From the IMG/VR virus record IMGVR_UViG_3300045988_183660: a stretch of 64,000 nt of DNA; one strand, 5' to 3'. Made by a program: the position numbers and the translations under genes. The number at the start of each line of letters is the position of its first letter. Within the stretch, counting starts at the first letter, position 1. This DNA is from a virus. The notes beneath the pieces were generated by a model that was not told the DNA's origin, ran no database searches, and saw only the letters and a program-made list of their open reading frames with translations. Below, piece by piece: positions 57,147-64,000 of the stretch.

Positions 57147-57566
57147 ATGGATGTTAATGTATTTATAATACTTTTTATAATTATTATGTCAGGCATTTTC
57201 TGGATGGCACTTTTATGTACTGATATATTAAGAGCAAAAGCTAAAACAAGTGCCTTGATTCTGGTAGCTATTATGTGTATAACAGGTGCTATTATAGACT
57301 TATTGGATAATAAAGTTACAAAAAGTAATAATATTGTTTCATATACAATTTCGGTAACAGCAATAGAAGAATATAATAAAATGTTAAGAACAAATACATC
57401 AGTAATAAAATATAAGGATGATACAGGAAAAACAGATGAAATAACCATAGACGATATTAAATATGATTCAGATTCAACATTCATAGAAATAAAAAAGCGT
57501 AGATGGGGATTTTTGTATGGTACAGAGAATATCATTCATTTTCAAAACAGTTCAAATATTAACTAA
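57147..57566 (+). CDS. small membrane-anchored protein, family A member 3 (divergent)
   Basis: C-terminal domain YKDDTGKTDEITIDDIKYDSDSTFIEIKKRRWGFLYGTENIIHF. Confidence 0.45.
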   Translation: MDVNVFIILFIIIMSGIFWMALLCTDILRAKAKTSALILVAIMCITGAIIDLLDNKVTKSNNIVSYTISVTAIEEYNKMLRTNTSVIKYKDDTGKTDEITIDDIKYDSDSTFIEIKKRRWGFLYGTENIIHFQNSSNIN

Positions 57567-57698
57567 AAATTACTATATAGATTAACTTTATGCACCATGC
57601 AGTTTTGTGTGGTGCATTTATTATAATTAAGCCTTTTTATGTAAATTTGCAGGTACACATATTATAAAATAAAGACATAAAAATAAAAGGAGTTCGCT

Positions 57699-58259
57699 AT
57701 GATTGATATTAAAGAAACTATTAAAGGTACAAAATTATGGTTTTATAGAGACAAAGCAAACAAAGTAGTATATGGAATTGTAGATTGTTGCTATCGAAAC
57801 AAATATTTTAGTGACGAATATCTTATACAGGTTACAGGTAATTCAAATGATTTAGACAGCTTTGTAGGTACTAAAATTTTAAACATCAGACATTTTTATA
57901 ATACGAAGGAAGAGTGTGAATCAGAACATAATAATAAATCAAATGAAACTTATGAAATCTATAAAGGATGGATTAAAGATGTAAATAGTCTTTTCTATTT
58001 TCCATTAAAAAGGGATTTATCTCCGGAATCTAATTTTAGTAGTAAGTATGAATATGTGAAAGCTTATGAAACCAGAGCAAAAGAATTTGGATTTAATATA
58101 AAAACATACTGGTTTGATTATTATATTAAAGACCTTATCTTACAGGCTTATTGTATATTAAGGGATATTAATAATTCATTTGCTGTTCCTAAGCCTAAAA
58201 CAGCCGAATTATTTAAAGATGCACATGCTGATATAAAAGCCTACAAATGTCTCTACTAA
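57699..58259 (+). CDS. hypothetical protein
   Basis: ORF with an RBS (AAAGGAG). Confidence 0.4.
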   Translation: MIDIKETIKGTKLWFYRDKANKVVYGIVDCCYRNKYFSDEYLIQVTGNSNDLDSFVGTKILNIRHFYNTKEECESEHNNKSNETYEIYKGWIKDVNSLFYFPLKRDLSPESNFSSKYEYVKAYETRAKEFGFNIKTYWFDYYIKDLILQAYCILRDINNSFAVPKPKTAELFKDAHADIKAYKCLY

Positions 58260-58272
58260 CGTAGAGCAATGT

Positions 58273-58360
58273 CTCTATTTCATAGAGCCATGTCAGTTTG
58301 CCTTATGATGCCGTCATTACATTCCGCCCTAATAGGGCAAACTTAAAATCACTATAACAA
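58273..58360. repeat. two-hairpin repeat element, copy D (CTCTATTTCATAGAG + AGTTTGCCTTA/TAGGGCAAACT stem)
   Basis: Same architecture as copies A-C, with a different stem sequence. Confidence 0.65.
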
Positions 58361-58437
58361 TAGAATTATTTCTGAAAGAGTAAAAGATTATATTTTGCTT
58401 ATAGCAAATTCAAAAAAATATATAAATTAAAACATCA

Positions 58438-58478
58438 TTGACAACTATCCTCATAGGGTATATACTATAGTTATAAAA
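58438..58478 (+). promoter_or_regulatory. promoter/operator unit TTGACA-N17-TATACTATAGTT (copy 3)
   Basis: Near-identical to units at 28543 and 44155. Confidence 0.55.
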
Positions 58479-58500
58479 AAAGATATAAGGAGCAGAATAT

Positions 58501-59244
58501 ATGAGAAGTATAAGCAGGAAAAAATCATTTTGGAAAGAATTTTATGAATATTATGAAGATGGTATAAAGATAGCAGGATTTATACTGGCAATTATTGCAT
58601 CAGTAGCATTTTTAGGAATTAGTTCTTTTTTATTAAATTATTTTCATCTGACTGATGTAATTTTTAATGAAAACACAGACTGGTATGACAAACTTTTTAT
58701 TACCATGTTTTTTGAGATTATGGCAATATTAAGTCTTGTGATGATAGTTCTTATTATATATTCAGCAATAAAGTTCCTGATTCTTTTTATATCAAAGACA
58801 AGAGCAATTAAAAGATATACATATCTTCCTTTAACTGCTGATGAAGTAAGATTTATGATTGGTGAAGGAATTATAACAACTGATAGGGATTATACATATT
58901 ATCTTACTGACCAGCTTTTGTTTAAAGATGAAAATGGTGTAGATTGTTTGGATTTTACAGATGATGATATGGAAAAGCTTATAGATACATATGAAGAAGT
59001 ATTTAATAAGCCGCTTATCCTTGATAAAGAGTATTTTAAGAAATATGCAGCATCATGGTGTTCAGGTAAGTATATAACTAAAGATAGCCCTAATATTGTT
59101 CTCCGTGAGGTGATTTATCCTTTTAACTATAAGTACAAGGTTCAACTCATAAGTTATGAAAAAGGCACTAATCCTGTTGTATTTGCTCATAAAAATAATT
59201 CTTTTAAAAAAATAGAAAATGCTAATTATATTTATATAAAGTAA
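58501..59244 (+). CDS. membrane protein (N-terminal 2-3 TM) with a C-terminal soluble domain
   Basis: ORF with an RBS (TAAGGAGCAG). Confidence 0.4.
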   Translation: MRSISRKKSFWKEFYEYYEDGIKIAGFILAIIASVAFLGISSFLLNYFHLTDVIFNENTDWYDKLFITMFFEIMAILSLVMIVLIIYSAIKFLILFISKTRAIKRYTYLPLTADEVRFMIGEGIITTDRDYTYYLTDQLLFKDENGVDCLDFTDDDMEKLIDTYEEVFNKPLILDKEYFKKYAASWCSGKYITKDSPNIVLREVIYPFNYKYKVQLISYEKGTNPVVFAHKNNSFKKIENANYIYIK

Positions 59245-59255
59245 GGAGAATAGAT

Positions 59256-59651
59256 ATGGATATTTATACTTTTTCTTTAATTTTAGACGTTGTTTTTTTA
59301 ATAAGTATTGCAATTATGATATTTCTTTCAAATGAAAATCATAATAAAGCAGCTTTAATAGTATTTATTGCTGATATTATCATATTGATTTTTTCAGTAA
59401 TAGCTTCAGGCAGAATAAAAAGAGGAAATAACTTTGAAGCCTATACAATTCCGGTAACACATATACAGGAAACGGAAAGAGAAGAATGGGGTGATAAAGT
59501 AATAAAGATTACAGATGATACAGGCAGTGAAAAAGAAGTTGCAATAAATGAGACAAAGTATGATGCAGATACTACATATGTGGAGATGAAGAGATACAAG
59601 TTTTGGTTTATTTATAAGGATAAAAATATACTGCATATCAAAGCAAATTAA
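59256..59651 (+). CDS. small membrane-anchored protein, family A member 4
   Basis: C-terminal domain KITDDTGSEKEVAINETKYDADTTYVEMKRYKFWFIYKDKNILHIK. Confidence 0.45.
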   Translation: MDIYTFSLILDVVFLISIAIMIFLSNENHNKAALIVFIADIIILIFSVIASGRIKRGNNFEAYTIPVTHIQETEREEWGDKVIKITDDTGSEKEVAINETKYDADTTYVEMKRYKFWFIYKDKNILHIKAN

Positions 59652-59669
59652 GGGGAGAAAATATAAGTT

Positions 59670-60089
59670 ATGAATATTAATGTGTTTTTTATACTAATGA
59701 TTATTTTAATAGGAATTGTAGGAATTGTAACGTCACTTTTATGTACATCAAAAAGAACAGAAAATATGTTTTTACCAGCTATTATATCATTTGGTCTTTT
59801 TAGTATTATCGTTATAAGTTTTATGATAATATCTGTCATTCAACTATATAAAGATAAAAATACTAATACATATAATATTGAAGTAGTACGAGTACAAGAT
59901 ACAGATAAACAGAATTGGAGTGGCAAAGCAATTAAATATACAGATATTGCAGGCAATGAAAATGAAGCTGTAATTAGTGATACAAAGTATGATACAGATT
60001 CAACATATATAGAAATGAAAAGATATAAGTGGTGGTTCTTATATGAAGATAATAACGTATTACATATTAAGTTAAATCAGAAGAAATAA
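59670..60089 (+). CDS. small membrane-anchored protein, family A member 5
   Basis: C-terminal domain KYTDIAGNENEAVISDTKYDTDSTYIEMKRYKWWFLYEDNNVLHIK. Confidence 0.45.
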   Translation: MNINVFFILMIILIGIVGIVTSLLCTSKRTENMFLPAIISFGLFSIIVISFMIISVIQLYKDKNTNTYNIEVVRVQDTDKQNWSGKAIKYTDIAGNENEAVISDTKYDTDSTYIEMKRYKWWFLYEDNNVLHIKLNQKK

Positions 60090-60236
60090 GATATGCCGAT
60101 AGAAGTCAGTTATATTATTGCATTTGTGATATTTGAATACTTAGCATGTAAATTATCGAAAAATAGCAAGAAAACTCCATCCGACTAATGTCGGTTGTGA
60201 GTAGTTCATCCTACAATAGAAAACAAGGAGATTATT

Positions 60237-60431
60237 ATGGAAGATAAAAAATACAGATACAGTGTTTGTTTAATGGCTGAAGAATATTCAACAGGATATG
60301 TGGAGCTTACTAAAAAGGAAGCTGAAATTGTCGAATATGCAACTAATACATCTAACTGGAAAGACAAAGAAATTGAACCTTATAGCGGATTTTTTGGCAT
60401 AGATACAGAGCATCCTGAAGAAATTAAATAG
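60237..60431 (+). CDS. hypothetical small protein
   Basis: ORF with an RBS. Confidence 0.3.
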   Translation: MEDKKYRYSVCLMAEEYSTGYVELTKKEAEIVEYATNTSNWKDKEIEPYSGFFGIDTEHPEEIK

Positions 60432-60440
60432 GAGATTATT

Positions 60441-60731
60441 ATGGAAAAGATTATTAATGAAGAATATGAAATATTCTTAAAGAACATGGAAACCGGAGTA
60501 ACTTTTAACAGATTTCTTATTGTAGATAATTATGAAGGTGAATACTCACATAATGAGATTAGAAATGCAATGGGAATGTTATCGTACCTTATGAAGAAAT
60601 GGCTGCATGAAAATAAGCCGGGGAAGTACATAGTATCAGTATCGCCTGACTACTGTATATTCGTTATGACTGTTAAAGAAGCTCAGATGCGTAATGTAAG
60701 TACATATACATTACTTAGTGTTGTTAAGTGA
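60441..60731 (+). CDS. hypothetical protein
   Basis: ORF with an RBS (AGGAG). Confidence 0.35.
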   Translation: MEKIINEEYEIFLKNMETGVTFNRFLIVDNYEGEYSHNEIRNAMGMLSYLMKKWLHENKPGKYIVSVSPDYCIFVMTVKEAQMRNVSTYTLLSVVK

Positions 60732-61270
60732 AAGGAGAACACATGAGTATAGAAGTGATAAGTTTTATATTATTAAGAATAATGCCTGTTATTTTTATAA
60801 TTTGCTTTGCATCCTATCTGGCAAATGCATTAAAATTTCGTAGTATTGCATTCAGGTATCCGCTTGATACAAACTGGATTCCTTATGAATGTAAGGCGAG
60901 CATATGTTTAGCTGAAGTAATTCTATTAATGTGTGTGGATTTATTGAAGATAAAGAATTTAGCTATTCTTATAGTGATATTGGTTTTTGCAATTATATTA
61001 CTTGTATGGATTATATTTACCAATATTTTTTATAAGCAGGAAGAAAAGAACAGACTATATAGGGAACTAATATATGTCTGGAATCAGGAAGATTTAACAG
61101 ACTTCCAAAAGCATATGAGCCGTGAAGAACAGATTGCATTCTTAAAATCCATTAAGAAGACACAGACCGTCAGCATAAATGGAAAGGAAGAAGAGATATA
61201 TGAAGAAATACATTTAATTGCTGATGATGCACAGTTAAAACTTTTTGAACCAATTCTTAGAAAAAAATAA
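60728..61270 (+). CDS. membrane protein
   Basis: ORF overlapping the upstream stop. 3-4 TM segments. Confidence 0.4.
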   Translation: MKGEHMSIEVISFILLRIMPVIFIICFASYLANALKFRSIAFRYPLDTNWIPYECKASICLAEVILLMCVDLLKIKNLAILIVILVFAIILLVWIIFTNIFYKQEEKNRLYRELIYVWNQEDLTDFQKHMSREEQIAFLKSIKKTQTVSINGKEEEIYEEIHLIADDAQLKLFEPILRKK

Positions 61271-61287
61271 GGTATGGAGAATTTGTT

Positions 61288-61461
61288 ATGAAACTTACAG
61301 GAAGTGATGCTGTTGATTTTCTTGAATCAATGCAGCACCCAGACGAAAAACAGCAGGCAAAATTAAAAGAAATATCTAAGAATATAACCTTAAGGAATAT
61401 TTCTAATGGGTATGAAGCTGATATAAAGAATTTGTATATGTCTTTTTTAGGAGAAAAATAA
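61288..61461 (+). CDS. 57-aa hypothetical protein
   Basis: ATG with an RBS (GGAGAAT). TAATG overlap with the next gene. Confidence 0.25.
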   Translation: MKLTGSDAVDFLESMQHPDEKQQAKLKEISKNITLRNISNGYEADIKNLYMSFLGEK

Positions 61462-61721
61462 TGACATTTAAAGAAGCAAGGAAAGAAGCAAGAGAAATAG
61501 CACAGCGAACCGGATATTGGGGATATATTTTTAAGGATAAATCCGGGGAATGGTTTACATCAGATTGTAATAATTTTAATTCTGATAATTCATTTTATGT
61601 AAATAAGGATGGCAGGATTCTTAATATGCAGAAGTATGAAAAAATAGAAAAGAAACTTGATAAGCAGGGAATAAGAGGACTGAGTTTATTTTCGCCTGAA
61701 TTAATGAAATATATGAAATAG
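61461..61721 (+). CDS. hypothetical protein
   Basis: ORF. Confidence 0.35.
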   Translation: MTFKEARKEAREIAQRTGYWGYIFKDKSGEWFTSDCNNFNSDNSFYVNKDGRILNMQKYEKIEKKLDKQGIRGLSLFSPELMKYMK

Positions 61722-62080
61722 TATAACGCATAAAAAAATATTAATAAGAGGATAATTATGAGAACATATTTAAAAATTTTTTCAATTACTGTTGGAATTC
61801 AAATATTTGGCTTTTTAATATGTTATTTGCTTGATTCTATATTTAAAATTAAATCATCAAGTACTATGTTCCCTTTGTATATTGGAATTTTTTTATATTA
61901 ATTTCTATGATATTAGGGATTATTCTTCCTATTTGCTGGTGTAATACTTTATTAAAGAAAATAATAATTATTTTACTTCTGCCAACAAATTATACTCCTT
62001 TATTATGTATTTTATTTGTTATAAAATTTATTACTAATATAGGAAATATTTTAAATAATCTTCCAATTAATTTTGGATGA

Positions 62081-62275
62081 TATTTTAATGATGGGAATAA
62101 AAGAACTGCCACTATATTCGCCAATATGTATATGATACAGATGGGGCAGGGGATATTATCCATTCCGGTTGATAAAAAGTTAGAGTTTTATAATGCATTA
62201 ACTTCATTCTATGAAGGTGATAATAACAAAGATATTCTTAAAACATTCTTAAAAACATATTGTATCACTGTCTAA
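62081..62275 (+). pseudogene. Fic/Doc-family gene fragment (C-terminal part; core motif region degraded)
   Basis: YFNDGNKRTATIFANMYMIQMGQGILSIPVDKKLEFYNAL... matches the Fic/Doc HPFx[DN]GNKR motif plus following helices. An upstream in-frame TGA and a frame-shifted LPINFG remnant are present. Confidence 0.5.
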
Positions 62276-62289
62276 TACAATTCTTACCA

Positions 62290-62327
62290 GACACCTGTTT
62301 TTTAGCAGGTGTCTTTTTTTGTATCTA
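62290..62327 (+). terminator. rho-independent terminator (AGACACCTG...CAGGTGTCT + T-run)
   Basis: Perfect 9-bp stem. Confidence 0.7.
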
Positions 62328-62446
62328 AAAAATTATTTATTTTTTATTTCAAAAAACTATAAAAAGGACTTTTTATAATATTTGAAAATGATAAAGCTGA
62401 TAAACTATATACATAAAAGAAATAAATAAAAAGGAGAACAAATAGT

Positions 62447-62854
62447 ATGGAAATATTATCAATAATTTTATTGGTATTAGGGGCTGTAGAAGTTATCGGA
62501 GGATTTATAGTATTGTGGAGCGAATTTTCAGAATCAGGAACTTTTATTATTTTCGTTGGATGGGGATGTATGTTGATTGGAGCGTTAGTCGCACCATCAG
62601 CAAAAAATGAGAATAATCCTACAATCGAAATCAGCACTGAAGTAGAAACTGTTACGGAATCACAATCAGTAAAATCAAGTTCTATTAAAGTAGTGATTTT
62701 AAATAAATATAACGGTGCTGAGATTATAAGTGATGGAAAATTAGGTAAAGGCTATTTTATATATGAACAGGAAAAATATAGTTATGAATTAGATGATAAC
62801 ATCTTATTCATTAGCAAAGATAATAAAGTTATAGATTATTTATATGTAAATTAG
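62447..62854 (+). CDS. small membrane-anchored protein, paralog family B member 1
   Basis: 2 TM helices plus the conserved TEVETVTE...AEIISD...IYLN C-terminal domain. Confidence 0.45.
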   Translation: MEILSIILLVLGAVEVIGGFIVLWSEFSESGTFIIFVGWGCMLIGALVAPSAKNENNPTIEISTEVETVTESQSVKSSSIKVVILNKYNGAEIISDGKLGKGYFIYEQEKYSYELDDNILFISKDNKVIDYLYVN

Positions 62855-62864
62855 AAAGGAAAGT

Positions 62865-63284
62865 GTGTATATGGAAATATTTATGTTTATGTTAGGTATT
62901 ACAGTAGTTATCGGAGGAATTATATTAATTTTTTCTGATACAGATGGTTCATCTGGTACAGATGGTGTTGTAATTACTTTATTTGGTCTTTTATTTATAA
63001 CGAGTGCCATTTTTATAAAAGAAATTAATACAAATAAAATTAATACTGAAGTAGAAACCGTTACCGAAACAGAAAAGGAAGAAATATCTGATTCAGCAAA
63101 GAATAGCAATATTAAAATTGCATTGATACAAAACTATCCTGAAGCTGAAATAATCAGTGATGAAAATGATTTACAGCAGGGCATTTTTATTTACAATAAC
63201 GAAACTTATAATTTTGAAGTGGAAGATAATGTCCTGTTTATAAAACAAGATAAGAAGCTTGTTAAATACATCTATTTGAATTAA
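62865..63284 (+). CDS. small membrane-anchored protein, family B member 2
   Basis: Paralog of 62447 with the same architecture. Confidence 0.45.
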   Translation: MYMEIFMFMLGITVVIGGIILIFSDTDGSSGTDGVVITLFGLLFITSAIFIKEINTNKINTEVETVTETEKEEISDSAKNSNIKIALIQNYPEAEIISDENDLQQGIFIYNNETYNFEVEDNVLFIKQDKKLVKYIYLN

Positions 63285-63294
63285 AGGAGAAATT

Positions 63295-63573
63295 ATGAAT
63301 ACAGTAGGAATTATGTTATTAGGTGCATTTATTTGCATGGGAAGTACAATTGCTTTATATGTGATTAATGTAATTAATTTAAAAGACAAGCTGATACCAA
63401 CATCTTTGCTAAAGCAAAGTTGTTTACTAAGCAATGTAGTCTTAACGATAATTTTAGTTTCCAGTTTAATTTTTTCTGTATCAGGCTGCTTTAAAGTGAT
63501 TAAAGAAAGAATTGATTATGCAGAATTTTATAATTCGGTATGTCTAACTACTGAAGAAATGGAAAGGAAATAA
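63295..63573 (+). CDS. small membrane protein
   Basis: ORF, 2 TM segments. Confidence 0.35.
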   Translation: MNTVGIMLLGAFICMGSTIALYVINVINLKDKLIPTSLLKQSCLLSNVVLTIILVSSLIFSVSGCFKVIKERIDYAEFYNSVCLTTEEMERK

Positions 63574-63586
63574 ATATATGAAGTTT

Positions 63587-64000
63587 ACTACATATTCAGA
63601 AAACTATTTAAAGGGATTAAAGAAAGATGATTTGATAGCTTTATACAGGCAGCTTGAAGATAATTTAAAATCTGAAATAGCAGAAAATGAAATGACAATG
63701 AATTATGTAAGAGCTGCCAATATAAAAGTATCCGAACAGCACAAAAAAGACCTTATAAAGGCAAAAAAAGACGCTGTAGAAGAGTTTGTTAATTTAGTAA
63801 AGGAACAGATGCCTATGGATATATGCAGTGGCATGGAAGCCTGTGAAGAGATAAACAGACTGTATGAACTGTTTTTATTTAAAAATTTAAAAGCAAACAG
63901 ACTTAAGACTAATGCAGATAAAATCCGCAGCTTATCAGATGAAGAATTAGCAGATTTTATAAACACTATAGCAAGTGAATCTATGGCAACAATAAGTTAT
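63587..64000 (+). CDS. hypothetical protein, 3-prime partial at the window end
   Basis: Open frame MKFTTYSENYLKGLKKDDL... runs to the window end with an RBS upstream. Confidence 0.35.

Overview
AT-rich (about 28-30% GC by eye) accessory/mobile-type region, almost certainly from a low-GC Firmicutes (Clostridia-like) genome. Nearly all genes are co-directional on the + strand. The one clear exception is an IS200/IS605-family insertion (tnpA + tnpB, minus strand, about 6.15-7.9 kb). Recognisable content: (1) a DUF3990 (PARP-like HGS...FG.GFY motif)/DUF3791 pair; (2) a translationally coupled Zn-ribbon/J-domain protein plus membrane-anchored SpoVK/CbbX-type AAA+ ATPase; (3) a guanylate-kinase-like gene; (4) a tandem-repeat protein, then a segmentally duplicated two-gene cassette encoding small ART/PARP-like (YHGTS) proteins with 73-aa coiled-coil partners; (5) a flotillin (SPFH) gene; (6) a canonical hipBA toxin-antitoxin pair; (7) a RadC-like JAB protein; (8) a pilus/secretion-like cluster (Xis-like HTH, RuvC-like, CpaF/VirB11-type ATPase, polytopic platform protein, putative minor pilins) with a lytic transglycosylase further on; (9) GtrB/GtrC-like glycosyltransferases with a GT-C paralog; (10) a 1122-aa protein with a compact N-terminal SF2 helicase core immediately followed by a type III toxIN/abiQ-like module (2.5 x 35-36 nt ToxI repeats + terminator + ToxN whose codon 3 is an in-frame TAG); (11) a 3171-aa secreted repeat adhesin (about 14 Listeria-Bacteroides repeats + 4 MucBP-like modules) behind a 480-nt leader; (12) a T5orf172/GIY-YIG-like ORF with no canonical start; (13) an XRE-HTH::PIF1/RecD helicase fusion followed by a second HipA-like kinase; (14) two arrays of paralogous small membrane-anchored proteins (6 + 2 copies) and a Fic/Doc gene fragment. 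Non-coding structure is rich. There is a family of intergenic two-hairpin repeats with compensatory stem covariation (at least 4 direct copies + 1 inverted). Three near-identical TTGACA-N17-TATACTATA promoter/operator units sit about 15 kb apart. There is a reused rho-independent terminator module, a recurring AAAAG(K)CCTTTTTACA promoter-proximal motif, and two copies of a multi-hairpin palindromic element (18.3 kb and 46.8 kb). No rRNA, tRNA or CRISPR array was found. No integrase or relaxase is visible inside the window.
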